From an uncultured virus (IMG/VR IMGVR_UViG_3300032038_000017) (lineage: Duplodnaviria > Heunggongvirae > Uroviricota > Caudoviricetes): a stretch of 64,000 nt of DNA. This document shows, in pieces, positions 18,740 through 30,900 of this stretch. Numbering within the stretch: position 1 is the stretch's first letter; each line of letters opens with the position of its first letter. Where the stretch lies: the IMG/VR virus record IMGVR_UViG_3300032038_000017; one strand, given 5' to 3'. The notes beneath the pieces were generated by a model. It was not told the origin of the DNA and did not search any database. It was given only the letters and a program-made list of their open reading frames with translations. The position numbers were made by a program, and so were the translations under genes.

Positions 18740-19096
18740 TTATGCTTTCGTTTTAAAGAACAAGTCGTCCAAGATTTTATTTAGTTGACTCATTAATTCA
18801 GATTTTGAAATGTCCTCATTATTTGCTAATGTCCTTATTTTAGCAAACGCTGCAAGTTGTTTTGTATGTTTTTCGTGTAACATAAAATAAGCTTTTTCGT
18901 AATTTTCTGATTGAGCTTTATTTAATTCTTCTTCAAGTTCTGAAATCCTTAAATCTTTATCTGGCTCATCTAATAACCACGTATCTTCACATTCATTCCA
19001 CCCCATACGGAATGACTGCTCATCTAGTCCTGGGGTGTTTTTGGAGATTTTTTCAAACTTTGATTTTATCGTTAACTGCTTATTGTCCATGTCCAT
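18740..19096 (-). CDS. hypothetical coiled-coil protein
   Basis: 118-aa ORF; TTAATAT motif just upstream. Confidence 0.65.
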   Translation of the reverse strand: MDMDNKQLTIKSKFEKISKNTPGLDEQSFRMGWNECEDTWLLDEPDKDLRISELEEELNKAQSENYEKAYFMLHEKHTKQLAAFAKIRTLANNEDISKSELMSQLNKILDDLFFKTKA

Positions 19097-19115
19097 AGAT
19101 ATTAATATAGTCAGT

Positions 19116-20069
19116 ATGACGAAAAATCAAGATTACATTATCCAAATACTTGATAAAGCAGGTATAAAAATGTACATACCTACAAATGTTCGACCAGACG
19201 CTACAAAAGAAGAGCTTTCTATTCAAGCAACAGTAAAAGTGGAAGAACATAATATGGTATCATTTGTACGACCTATTGTTTATATACCGTATGAAGTGGC
19301 TTTAAAAATAGACGAATTTTATGGAATAGAACTGCTTCGATTTGGTATGTTGCTTGAGTCGTTCATTAAAAGACTTGACTTCTACATGTCATATGATAAC
19401 TCACTTGATGTGTACAAGCAGTATGAATACTTTTATGAGTTTTTTAACCTTGTATCCAATCTCCATTTTATAGGACAATTCGCATTTATTATTGGTAAAT
19501 CTGAGCCGTCAGAAATAAACAGAAATTCAGATAGGATAGTATATCCTAGTAAGTTTAGACTGGAAGATACAATCTATGCCATAGAAATTCAACACCTCGC
19601 CGACAACCTTTTTCATAAAAGGATTTTGGTTGCACAAGACGGTTCTATAAATGTTGAAATACCAGACTATGAAACTGCATTAAAGTTTTGTGTCCCTATG
19701 AAAAGTCATACATTACCACCAAGAAGCTTTCTTGACGAGTTCCCTCTTTCAATTAAAAACGCACAATTTGTTCCAATAATTTTGGAAACGTATGATGTTA
19801 TACAAGATACATTAAAGCACATGGACGAAATAAACATCAACGTTTTAAGAAACAATAACGTTAAAGAAAAATTATTTAATAATGTAGAAGAGTTCATACC
19901 ATGTATTACTGAAAGTATATTTGGTCGGTCAAATGAAATATTCAAATCTGGCTTATTTCCAATAAGGTTCGATGACATCAATGTTGCTATAAATAGCTTT
20001 ACAACGCCTACTGTAAAAACTGTTGAAGTGTCTGCTTGTATCCTAAAACAAATCTTCTGTAAGAGTTAA
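19116..20069 (+). CDS. hypothetical protein
   Basis: Likely start MTKNQ at 19116, 7 nt after TTAATAT. Confidence 0.7.
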   Translation: MTKNQDYIIQILDKAGIKMYIPTNVRPDATKEELSIQATVKVEEHNMVSFVRPIVYIPYEVALKIDEFYGIELLRFGMLLESFIKRLDFYMSYDNSLDVYKQYEYFYEFFNLVSNLHFIGQFAFIIGKSEPSEINRNSDRIVYPSKFRLEDTIYAIEIQHLADNLFHKRILVAQDGSINVEIPDYETALKFCVPMKSHTLPPRSFLDEFPLSIKNAQFVPIILETYDVIQDTLKHMDEININVLRNNNVKEKLFNNVEEFIPCITESIFGRSNEIFKSGLFPIRFDDINVAINSFTTPTVKTVEVSACILKQIFCKS

Positions 20070-20154
20070 AACTTTTTGGTTAATACTAACTAATTAATAA
20101 ACCAAACGAGTTTTGGTAAATCTAAATTTAGAAAACCTATATAGGAGAAATATT

Positions 20155-20538
20155 ATGACACTTAAGGAACAACTTGATAAGTTCAATGAATGGCATGATG
20201 AAGATTACGAAGACGAGCGTGGAGCTATCGAGTATGATAACTTCGATGACCACGAAGCAGAAGATGGATATGGTCGTGATGAGTTCGTAGACGGTTCTGA
20301 CGACCTTTCAGAAGAAGAAGCTATGGACGCTATGGGATTGAATGACAGTTCTGTAGACGACTGGTGGGCAAGTCTTGGTGCAAGTGATACCAGAACAGAA
20401 GAAGAAAAAGAAGCTGATTCTGCCGCAGATGAATGGCTTGGTGAAAACGAAACAGTTGATTCACTCACTGCAAAAGAAGCAAAACTTCAGGAAGCTCTTA
20501 AGGCTGTTCAGGAAGCAAAAGCAAAGCTTGCAAAATAA
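20155..20538 (+). CDS. highly acidic hypothetical protein
   Basis: Start MTLKEQ after AGGAG; D/E-rich; CTAATTA motif upstream; terminator downstream. Confidence 0.75.
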   Translation: MTLKEQLDKFNEWHDEDYEDERGAIEYDNFDDHEAEDGYGRDEFVDGSDDLSEEEAMDAMGLNDSSVDDWWASLGASDTRTEEEKEADSAADEWLGENETVDSLTAKEAKLQEALKAVQEAKAKLAK

Positions 20539-20559
20539 TCATAATCCATTCTAAATTAA

Positions 20560-20600
20560 AAAGCCTTGGAAATCAGTAATCTTATTCCAAGGCTTTCTTT
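20560..20600. terminator. bidirectional terminator
   Basis: AAAGCCTTGGAA...TTCCAAGGCTTT between convergent genes. Confidence 0.75.
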
Positions 20601-20603
20601 ATT

Positions 20604-21167
20604 TTAAACCGCCGTTTCAAGCAGTTTCTTTACCCATTCCGTAGCTTTTTTAGACTCGTCCAAATCTTCTGGACGTTCATTTATAGGTTTGTCAGAAACC
20701 AGTCTTGAGTCCAATTCCTCATACCCTACACGCCATTCGTTCTTAGATTTTTTATTTATTTCGTCTACTTTCTTTCTGAAATCGTGACCGTGGTCTGCTT
20801 GTTCCATACTGTCAGAAACTAACCTTTGGTAAACATGACACATTTCATGAAGTAGGATTGAAGCCCAGTAGTATTTACCTTTACCGTGAGCTTCTTTTGG
20901 CATAGCAATGTATGAATCGGCTATGATATCTTCCCACTCGTCCATTTGAGTTTGACTTGCACGTTTATTAAAAACTGCTTTTTTTATGTCAAAGAACTTT
21001 TCCTTTTTACCGTCTTGATGTTTCAATGCTGCCGTATAAATAAAAGCACCGACTGCTTCTTTATCCTTAATTTTCTCAATACGGATATCTACGTCTGGAA
21101 GCTCATTATGAAAAAATTCTTTATTAAACTTTTTGTAGTATTTCTTGTATTCGCCTACTGCACTCAT
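20604..21167 (-). CDS. SprT-like zinc metalloprotease
   Basis: Y..FNKEFF..ELP, ILLHEMCH, HG..F. Confidence 0.85.
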   Translation of the reverse strand: MSAVGEYKKYYKKFNKEFFHNELPDVDIRIEKIKDKEAVGAFIYTAALKHQDGKKEKFFDIKKAVFNKRASQTQMDEWEDIIADSYIAMPKEAHGKGKYYWASILLHEMCHVYQRLVSDSMEQADHGHDFRKKVDEINKKSKNEWRVGYEELDSRLVSDKPINERPEDLDESKKATEWVKKLLETAV

Positions 21168-21184
21168 CTGTTTACCCTCTGCAA

Positions 21185-21946
21185 TTATACGGAAGCAATA
21201 ATTTGAACGTCACCTTTTGAAGTATCAATCTTTACGCTTTCTATCTGGATACCAGGAACAGTAGATATTGTCTGATAAATATATCCTTGGTCTTGTTCTA
21301 CTGCACCCTCTGGGAAGTCGCTGCCCAACCAAAGGTCAACTGTATAATGCAACTCTGCTACTACACGGAAGTCATTATTCTGGAAGTAAGCACTTGACAC
21401 AAAAGAAGTTCTGTCATATGCACCGGAAGTTTCCAGGAGTTCTATCAAAGCTTTTTCTACAAGAGGAACAAGTGTCTGACGAATAGTAGTTACTTTCTGA
21501 CTGTACTGTTGTGCAGACTGTGTAAACAAATCCCAGTTACCTTTGTCAAAAGTAACCTCATAATTTTCGTTGTCCTGGTCCACTTCACCAACTTGGTCTT
21601 CACTATCGGTAGCAATGTGTGTCTGTGTTCCGTCATTAAGTGTCAGGTTTTTAGGTGCATTAAATCCGTGGTTTACTTTGTCGGACATTTTGGAAATTTC
21701 TTGATTCTGGTCTTTTTCTTCTTCCCCGGCAGAACCGTCGCCACTCCCACCGTCGTCACCCATATCACCCGTGTCATCTCCGCCTGCTTCGTCTGCACCT
21801 GCGTCTCCACCGTCGTCGTCACTTCCGTCGTCTTGGTCTTCGTCACCCTCACGTAAGTGATTCAGAACACTATTTTCTATTTCTGTTTTACTTTCCTCAA
21901 TAGCCGAAGCCACAAGGTCTTTTATCAAGTCTTCTGTTACTTTCAT
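21185..21946 (-). CDS. hypothetical protein with acidic Gly/Asp linker (possible virion protein)
   Basis: 253-aa ORF between the alarmone hydrolase and SprT genes. Confidence 0.7.
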   Translation of the reverse strand: MKVTEDLIKDLVASAIEESKTEIENSVLNHLREGDEDQDDGSDDDGGDAGADEAGGDDTGDMGDDGGSGDGSAGEEEKDQNQEISKMSDKVNHGFNAPKNLTLNDGTQTHIATDSEDQVGEVDQDNENYEVTFDKGNWDLFTQSAQQYSQKVTTIRQTLVPLVEKALIELLETSGAYDRTSFVSSAYFQNNDFRVVAELHYTVDLWLGSDFPEGAVEQDQGYIYQTISTVPGIQIESVKIDTSKGDVQIIASV

Positions 21947-22504
21947 TTATTTTGTCCTCATAATTTCTAGTATAGAGTCTATAAGTTCCCAATGTTTTTC
22001 GTCCAAGTCTTTCCTATGGGCGATTAGGTAATCAATGTTAGCTTTCATTCTTTCAAGCTGGTCTTTACGACAGTTGTCTGTGGAATTATGCAAGATGTCT
22101 GCAAGCTTTACAAAAAGTGCTTCCTTAGATAAAGATACAAGCTTTTCGTTCATGTAAGCTTCCTTACCTATCTTAGAAATCTTAAAGGTGTCATTTGTCA
22201 GCTCTTTTACTATGCTTGCTACTTCTATTCCGAACTTTTCAGTTATGTCTTCGAAAGTCGCACCGGTATCTTCCATCGTATCATGTGCCAGTGCTGCTTT
22301 TATTTCAATATCGCTTCCACCATATGCAATTACTATTTTAGCAACGGCTTCTGGATGAACGAAATATGGCTCGCCAGAACCCTTTCTTTTGGCACCAGTA
22401 TCATCGTGCTTTCTTTTTGCAAAGCGATACATTGGTCGGTCATTCTGAGGAAAGTCATAAACGGACTCAAAAAATTCTTGAACAAGCAATTCTGCATAAT
22501 TCAT
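21947..22504 (-). CDS. small alarmone (p)ppGpp hydrolase, RelA/SpoT HD domain (SAH/Mesh1-like)
   Basis: RKGSGEPYFVHP, AALAHDTMEDT, ELTND, VKLADILHN; no synthetase domain. Confidence 0.9.
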   Translation of the reverse strand: MNYAELLVQEFFESVYDFPQNDRPMYRFAKRKHDDTGAKRKGSGEPYFVHPEAVAKIVIAYGGSDIEIKAALAHDTMEDTGATFEDITEKFGIEVASIVKELTNDTFKISKIGKEAYMNEKLVSLSKEALFVKLADILHNSTDNCRKDQLERMKANIDYLIAHRKDLDEKHWELIDSILEIMRTK

Positions 22505-22527
22505 AAATATTTAGTTAGACTTTTAAT

Positions 22528-23124
22528 ATGATACTATATACAAAAGGGAAATTTATGGAATACAATCTTTTTGGCTTCAAGCCTGCTCCACTTTCAACAG
22601 TAGAGTTTGCATATAAAACTGATTTATCATTAGACTGCTATTATTTTATGGTGTCAAGAAAAGACTACCCTTGTAACATTTACGTAAAAGTTAAATTAGA
22701 TGGAACGATTACAGAAATGTACCCAGTTTACATTAACTCTATGAAAAACTCTATTGAAATAATAGAAAGAAATCTTAGGTATCTTGGAACCTATGACTAT
22801 AAACACTACGCATACATGAGCTGGGACATGAAAAATGACCCTATTGAAATCTATCTTCCAAAAGGTAAGGATTATATAGAAAAATACAAAGAAGATAAAC
22901 TTGACGCAAAATATTATACGGTTTATGATTTGTCTAAACTTGATGAACACAAATTACTGTCTGACGAAATTAAGAACTTCGTAAGAAAGGAAAACCCCGA
23001 CGTTTTTATGTATGTAACTAAAAACGACGAGGTTAAAAGATTCTGTAATATTTTTAATTTTACAAATGATAATTACATGGAAAAGCGTGACCAGATACAA
23101 GCTATTAAAAGCAAGTGGGTTTAG
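22528..23124 (+). CDS. hypothetical protein
   Basis: 198-aa ORF; the start may be the later ATG (MEYNL). Confidence 0.65.
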   Translation: MILYTKGKFMEYNLFGFKPAPLSTVEFAYKTDLSLDCYYFMVSRKDYPCNIYVKVKLDGTITEMYPVYINSMKNSIEIIERNLRYLGTYDYKHYAYMSWDMKNDPIEIYLPKGKDYIEKYKEDKLDAKYYTVYDLSKLDEHKLLSDEIKNFVRKENPDVFMYVTKNDEVKRFCNIFNFTNDNYMEKRDQIQAIKSKWV

Positions 23125-23576
23125 TCTATCTCTATAAAATCTACTTCTAGCCCAGATTTTTTAAGAAAGTCTATAGAGCCGTCTGCACGGTCATATTTAT
23201 TACTAAAAACTGCACGCTTGATACCAGACGCAACTATAAGCTTTGAACACTCATAGCAAGGTTGTAAGTTTACATAAATCGTTGCACCACTCACATTGAT
23301 ACCATTCTTTGCAGCAAAAGCAATCGCATTCTGCTCTGCATGTATTTCGTTTTTTACTGCGAACTCATGGTGTTCTTCACGAACGGTATTATCCGAGAAG
23401 TCCTTACCTGCAAATACATCACAACAATTACAAGCACCCTCTGGAGTGCCGTTATACCCACAACTTAAAATCCTTTTATCTTTTACTAATACTGCGCCAA
23501 CTTTTACTTTTGCACACTTACTGTGTTCTGAAATTAAATCCGCTATTTTAAGAAATGTTTCGTCCCAACTTGTCAT
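23121..23576 (-). CDS. dCMP deaminase
   Basis: SKC..VKVGAVL, GYNG, HAEQNAI, PCYEC. Confidence 0.93.
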   Translation of the reverse strand: MTSWDETFLKIADLISEHSKCAKVKVGAVLVKDKRILSCGYNGTPEGACNCCDVFAGKDFSDNTVREEHHEFAVKNEIHAEQNAIAFAAKNGINVSGATIYVNLQPCYECSKLIVASGIKRAVFSNKYDRADGSIDFLKKSGLEVDFIEID

Positions 23577-24847
23577 AAACAAAAGCCCACCTTTCTGCTC
23601 TTTTCGTTTTCAATCTTTTCATCTTTACAAAGCTCTAAAATCTTTGTTACGTTAGCTTTGTTACCGTCGATAATGTAATCAATAGACGCTTTCTTTTTTA
23701 TGTTCTGAATATTACCACCAGTGAAGTTATCATAAGCACTTACAACCTTTTCAATGTCGTCATCCGCAAGATTCGGGAACTTGTTCTTCCAGATAGCTTT
23801 TTGAGTAGACGTGTTTGGATTATCAAACTTAATTTTATACAAAAAGCGTCTTTCCATAGCTTCATCAAAGTTCTGAAGACGGTTGGTTGTAATAAACAAA
23901 ATACCGTCAAAATTTTCTATGTGATTTAATAATTCTGCTTGTAACTGGTTATTTTCACGATTTGCAGTATTATTAGTATCAGTTTCGTCGTGACGTTTTG
24001 CAAAAAGAGCGTCGGCTTCGTTTAAGAGAAGCACTGGCTCTTTAATACCCATTTCACGATATTTTTCACAAACGCTCTTAAAGTTTGTAAACATCTTGTT
24101 TATGGTCTTCTGCTTTTCACCGCAATATCTTGTTTCTGAATCTGCAATATTGTAGTTGTAAATATCCCTTCCGGCTTCCTTACAAAGTTGCAAAACTTTC
24201 TCGGTCTTACCAGTTCCAGAAGGTCCATAAAAGGACACACAGATACCTGCGTGTTGGTTGTCCTCAAGGATTCTTTCACGAATACCTTTAAGGTTATTTT
24301 CGTCAAGAATCTTTTTAACACCTTCCAATGACTTCAAGAGGTCTTCACCATAGTAAAGTTCTACTTTCTTGATAGTGTCTGCCTTTATAAGATACTTATT
24401 TTTAATAGTGTCTTTACTTTCGCTCTTTTTTATCTGGGTGTTTCCCCCACTTAATTTTGACCAGAAAGATTGAGACAAACAATATGACTTTCTTTCGGAA
24501 CTATCACCGAAATCATCCTCATCTATACATTCTTCCAAAAACCCAAAAGATTCCAGGTCTGTAAGAAGTCTTGATACAATTATAGGTGGAAGTTCAAAGA
24601 ACTCGCAAGACGTTGTTCGTCTTGGAAACTCTGACGCAACAAACCTTGCCAAAATGTAGAGATGTGCGTTATCTAGGTCTTGTTCAATACCAGCAAGTTT
24701 CTTAAATCCTTTAAGCTTAGTTTCAGTAAACTTGTTATCTTCGAACATCTGGTTTATTATAAGCAGGTTTTTCATGTCGGTATCTACTATTTTTGATGAA
24801 AACTTTAATGAAAAAACGCCGTCTTCTGTTTCTTTTTCTAACTTCAT
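23573..24847 (-). CDS. AAA+ ATPase
   Basis: Walker A GPSGTGKT, Walker B LLLNEAD, TTN...DEAMERRF second region of homology. Confidence 0.9.
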   Translation of the reverse strand: MKLEKETEDGVFSLKFSSKIVDTDMKNLLIINQMFEDNKFTETKLKGFKKLAGIEQDLDNAHLYILARFVASEFPRRTTSCEFFELPPIIVSRLLTDLESFGFLEECIDEDDFGDSSERKSYCLSQSFWSKLSGGNTQIKKSESKDTIKNKYLIKADTIKKVELYYGEDLLKSLEGVKKILDENNLKGIRERILEDNQHAGICVSFYGPSGTGKTEKVLQLCKEAGRDIYNYNIADSETRYCGEKQKTINKMFTNFKSVCEKYREMGIKEPVLLLNEADALFAKRHDETDTNNTANRENNQLQAELLNHIENFDGILFITTNRLQNFDEAMERRFLYKIKFDNPNTSTQKAIWKNKFPNLADDDIEKVVSAYDNFTGGNIQNIKKKASIDYIIDGNKANVTKILELCKDEKIENEKSRKVGFCL

Positions 24848-24887
24848 TTTAAAAATATTAATCCCGTTTTTGTTTTTTAAAAAACGA

Positions 24888-24920
24888 AAAAACCAGATAA
24901 CACTAGATTACCTGGTTTTA
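24888..24920 (-). terminator. intrinsic terminator after the giant gene
   Basis: Minus strand AAAACCAGGUAA...UUAUCUGGUUUUUU. Confidence 0.65.
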
Positions 24921-24927
24921 TCAATCA

Positions 24928-27900
24928 TTACAAACTACTTGGGTCTACACAAGAACCTTGCTTTACATAAGCCGTGAAGCTAATGTGTTGTGTACTTGTT
25001 CGGTACTCGATTGGTGGGAATACTGCATAAGCAATCAATTGGTGATACTTATTGAACAAACCGAACTCAGTTACTTCCTGAATCTCTGATTCTTTGTCTC
25101 TTGGGTCTGCCAAGTTCTGTGTACTACATACTGTGTATGTAGAATCTATGTAAGAAGAAAGACTCAAGTTGCTTCCGTCCCAAACACTGCTTCCGTAGAA
25201 TGGGTTCTGTGCAGTAATACCGTATTTAATAAACTGCTTTTCTGTCTGGTACTTAGAAGCCGGCTTATCCAATACGAAACTGATTGAACCAGCTTTTTTA
25301 TCAACTGGGTCAGCGTTTGACTGAATTGTACAAATGTCGTCTTTTACGTCTACCAAAATAGTTCTCTTTGGAACTACATACTGGTCTTCTGTAGCTACCT
25401 TAGACATAACCATTTCCTGTGTAGAACGAACATATTCGTTAACAGACAACTTCTGTTCCCAAACGTGGTTCTTATTGAATACACTTGTTACATTAAGAAC
25501 TTGCCAGTAAGGGTTAGATTCTTTACCCTTAATGTAGAACTCGTTCTTAAACCAGTCTTGACAAGTTTCATAAATAGGTGCCTTAGGAATCTGTGCGTCA
25601 GACAATACGTTCTTTAATGGGTCAAGAACGAACTCAACTGCTACACTATCAATAGTTCCGTCGTCATTTTTAATGTAACCCTCTGCTGCCTCTGGTAAAC
25701 CGTCGTTATTATTATCATAAGAAGAGATTACACTTGAATCAGTACTTCTTGTATAGCCTACAAGGTATCCATTTTCATTACAACGGTAAACTGAATATCC
25801 GTTATTATTCTTGTATGAAGTATCAGAATACTGTTCATTGTTAGCAGAATTGAAAATGTTGTTTCCAATAACTACCGGAGGAACCGGATATCCGTCTGGG
25901 TTAAACCATACACGGTCAGGTGTAAACTTTGACTTTTCAGAAATACTGATTTCTGTAAATTCTGAATCTACATTGCAGTTTGCAATTTCAGTTCTAATGG
26001 TAGACTGGGTAAGCCAACGCATGTTAATGTAATGCTTTTCACCATCATTGAAACCTGCAATATCCAACATTTCCGACAAACTAATGTTATTATCTTCACC
26101 AGTCATACCTACTGTTAATGTATCATTTGTAGTTCCAGTATAAAGAATAGAGTCGTCACCTTTATTGATTACAAAGCCCTTAGCGTCCAAAAGATTCTTG
26201 AACGTATTATATACTGGTTTTCTACAGATTACCTTACCATAGAAACCGTTAACGTATACATTGTTACTTAATTCATTGTATGTGTCGTACTTTACAATTT
26301 CAACAGAAAGTTTCTGTGTATCGTTCAACAATACCGAACCGTCACGCATGTTCAAGTAGTAGCCTTTGTTTAATTCACTACTGAATAATGAAGGCTTTGT
26401 ATTATTATACTTTCCAATTACGGTAGAATTATAAATAGTTGTGGCTATGCCCTTCTTTGCAGTATTAGACAACAAAACTTCAAGTGTTTCTTCATTGTAG
26501 CTTACATACAAGCTTGTAAGGTCGTCCAAACAGATATTATCGATATATGTCTTTCTAACCCAACTATCTTCCGTAACCTTTCCTTCTTCAATCTTGTCTA
26601 CTACATAATCACAAACAGTTGTTACGTTTCCTAACATAAAGATAGGGAGCTTAACTGAAACCGTTCCGCCTACATACAACTTAACAGTATTATTTAAGTC
26701 TCCTTGAGCTGACTGCATGTTAAATACAATACCACCATTAACTCCCTCGTCATATCCAACTATGCTTGAATCATAGAGTGAGCTTAATACACTATTGTTT
26801 GAAGCGTCAAGAACGGATATAGAATCAACCTTTGGATTACCGTCCTCGTCTACTCGGCTTATTACCAAGTTTAATGAAGACTTATTAGTATAGTCCTTAT
26901 AAGACTCTTCTGCATTAACAAGATTCATCTTAATGAGTTCGTATGAAGATTGTTTCTGGTAAATTGCATAAGAATCAAAATAGATTGAACTGTTTGAGTT
27001 ACCAGTTACTACTAAGGATTTTACTTTTACACCTTCTTCGAATCTTTCATCAATTTCAAAATCAAGTGTCAAACCAAACTTCAATTCATACTTTTGATTA
27101 TTAACATAGAATGTAACCAAAAGGCTCTGAATGTCAATTTCATTGCTTGGGCTAACGTAGAAAGCTTGTTGCAGAACGTCTGGTTTTACAAACTTCAACA
27201 TCTTTGAGTTTTCATCATATTCAAAGTCGTAAATAGACTTGTTACCTACTGTGAGTTTTGTTGTTCCACCACAAGGAACATATCTATAAGTGTCCTTTCC
27301 GGTTTTTCCATAATATTTGAATGAAATATTTGGATTACCATTTGCGTCTTTGTCAATATCCACAAGTTTATAGCTTTGGTAAGCCCACAAGTTTATACAG
27401 AATGGGGTTGTTCCAAGCTTAAAGTCACTTATTGGTGTATATACACTTACTCCCCCACTGCCCAGCTTCATAACCTTTTTCTTGTAGGTATTATTTGCAT
27501 TTGAGTATACATACAAATCTTTAGAATCCTTTGTTCCCAAGAAGCTTGCATTTATACTGAATGTATCGCCTACTTTTTTCTCTTGCTCTGCGTCATAAGA
27601 CTTCAAAACCTTACCACTAGCATCAACCATGTATACTGGTTCATCAAGTGAGTTAGTCAGGTATTCACCTAATGTGAATGCGTCTGGGTCTACCAACCAA
27701 GGAACAGTATTTTCCCAGAAAGTTGTATTGCTTCTTGAACCACCATATCCGAAGTTTGACAAATAAACGCCAGTGATTGGATTTGGAAGACTATAATCTG
27801 TTCCAGAAATGTCGTCAAAGCCCATGTTCTTGTAAGCAGTAATACCAGCTTTGAAGCAGTATGGAACCAAAGCCAATGCACTAAGATATCTCTTTTTCTT

Positions 27901-30900
27901 CAAAGGATATTCTTGAGTTAATTTATCAAACCAGAACTTGTGTTCTACATTAACTGTTTCTTTTGTAACTTGACCACTTTCATCAGTTGTTGTAGACTCT
28001 TCTTTTGTTATGTAAGAAGTCTTTAATATAAATCTCTGTTCATATACTGGGACACCGTCCTCAACGTTTCCAGTATCATAAGTAATGTTTGAGATTCTTG
28101 CTATTGCTGCTTCTTCATCAGTTTTTGAAGTATCTTCCAAAGAGTTTCCTAAAAGGTCAGTCGTTGAAGACAAGTACTGAACGAACTCTTTTGAGTCTGA
28201 GCTTGAGAACAAGTAATCTGAAATGTCCTTTATAAGCAAGCTGTTATTTGTAGACATCTTTACGTAAGGAACGTCATTATCGTAGCTAATTCCAAGGATA
28301 ACTGAGCCAGTTAAGTCCAAACGCTTACTGAACTCATCGTCACCTAAGCGAATAGACGGGTTACTTTCTGCTTCTTTCAATGAAGCATACAACGGTTGAT
28401 ATGCTACCTGAAAGAGCTCTTGTGCATAAGAGCCACGCATTTCGAGTGTTCCAAGAATACGTCTGTTACTTGTTTTATCTACAAAAATGTAATACTTTCC
28501 AGAAGCGTCACACAAGTAAACTGTGTCGCCATTACCGTTTGTCATAGCTACTGGTGTCTGAATAGTTTCGCCAGTGTCTGAATTGTATTTTGAAGTGTAT
28601 TCATACAAAGCATACTTTGTATCTTCGATTACTGCCGGATATCCGTATGGGTCGTAGGAATCGCTTGTAGTATCGAGGCTTTCTGGATTAAGAATTTCAC
28701 GATATGAGTAGAATCTGTTAGCCATGCTTACGTCGTCTACCATTGTTACCTCTGGAACACGTAAGTTACCCATTTCGCCAACATACTTTTCACCACGCTC
28801 CATGTTCAAGTATTCAAGTGAATTATTTATGTTTTCACGAACATTGAATGCCAACAATACGTCAAACTCTGAGTTTCCTTCCTTAGTTAATGCAGTCGTT
28901 ACGGTAATAGAACCACTTGTCTTAGACTGAACTATTACATTTTCACCAAATCTTACTGCCTTAGTAGAAAGAATATAGAAGCAGTTTGCACCTTCTGTAA
29001 ACATCATTCTATAATATCCAGAAGGAATAGAGTTAAGTTGGCTTGTTGAAGAAGACGTATCTGAAGGCTCATCATAGTCATTAGTTCCGGTTGTAGAGTC
29101 TACGTCGAACTCGTGTGCTAATGCAATGTCGCCATAATCGTCCATTTCCTTAGAACCGGTTGTTGTAGCGAAATCAAATAATCCGTCTTCGTCTTGTTCA
29201 ATATAATAGTAGTATTCAAGGTTGTCTTCATCACCAACGTTACGAACAAATACTTTGTATTCATTTTCTGCGAATACAACGCCAGATACATAAGAAGTCG
29301 AAGATGGTTCGCTAGAACCTTCCCACTCAAGCGACTTACCACTTGTAGATTTAAGTGTAGTCATGTTGAATGTGCTTCCCTTATCTGTTGAGTAAAGTAA
29401 TACTGGTGTTCCCTGGTTCTTGAACTTTGAAGGCTCAAGAAGTCTTGTTAAAACTTCTTTCTCGTCGTCACTTCTGTTGTCTTTCCAAGTCTGATATTCT
29501 GAATCTGTTTTATCACCACGGAAGAAGTCGTCATAAATTAATTCAATCTGTGTCTGTGAATAGATGTATCCACCGAACAAAATTATTTCTTCATTTGCAT
29601 AAGAACATTCAACGTGGAATGTGTTCTGCTTTGTTAAAACTTCAGGTCTTGGAATAGAAATTACCTGACTACCAATCTTATAATTTGAAGTTCCAAGAAC
29701 GTCTCTTTCAACTGCGTAGCAAGTCAATTCACGTGGGAATGAAGAAGCGTTCCAGTGTTCTGGATTTTCAATGTCGTCACGGTTATGCAAATAACAAAGA
29801 CCGATAGAGTTTATATTACCCCTTGTATCAGTTACCAACATGTTACTATCAGTAAACTGAATGTCGGAAATGTTAGAAGAAGAAACTATTTCTGTATTTT
29901 CTGCGTTACCACAAAGGTAGTATGTATAGTAATAAGCAAATGTTGCAAAGGCATGCTCATAATTAACCATTGGACCGTCGTCGATTAATTCAAATGCAGT
30001 GAAATATTTTGAAATGTCTGCGGCAGTTGGAGCCAATTCTGCAAATGTCTGCTTACTTGCACCTACTACATCATATCCGTCTGTTACTGTTTCGGTTACA
30101 AGTTTGAAACCATAACAACGGAATGTCCACTTAGTTCCACTATACTGAACCAAGAGTGGATAGCCGTCAGCATTAGAAATAACTTTATTTGAGCCGTCTG
30201 CTTTTACCCATTTACTTCCTACGCTAGATTTATTAGCTTTAGCGTAGTCCATTGCAGAAACCACGTTTTCATAAGTTACTACATTGTCGAACTCAATACT
30301 ATCACTGGTATAAACACCTTTATAACCGGAAATAGCCTTAAATACATCCCTAATGTTTCCAAGCAATGTATTGTCATAGTCAATACTCATTGCTCTTCCG
30401 TCAACGGTTATACCTGCGTTTCTGTTAGCAGTCAAATCTACACTATGGCCTAAGATTTCGAGCATTCTCATCATAGACATTTTAACCAAGTCATTTACTG
30501 CCTGTTTATCTGTTACAAGAGTAGAACGAATAGTTAAGAACATCTTTTCATTAAAAATTGGGGCATTTGCGTGCTTCCAAAGTGAGTTTGCTGTCAAGAA
30601 GCCATTGTATGAGTAGCCATTACTAAATCCACTATTTCCAGTCTTTGTTTTTTCAACAATAGACGTTGGGGATTTAACGAACAAGCTGCGTCCTTTTGCG
30701 TATACTGTATATTTTCCGGAGTTATCCTTTTTCAAAATAGAACGGCTTAACAATGTACTTGCGACTGGTATCTTAGAGCCATTTGCAGTTACAATCATTG
30801 AAGTGTCTGCAAAGTAAGGCTCTGAAATGTAGTTACTGTCAAGTTCATAAACATTTTTATCTGAACTGCTCTGTGTAAGTTTTGCACTTGAAAGAGCAAG

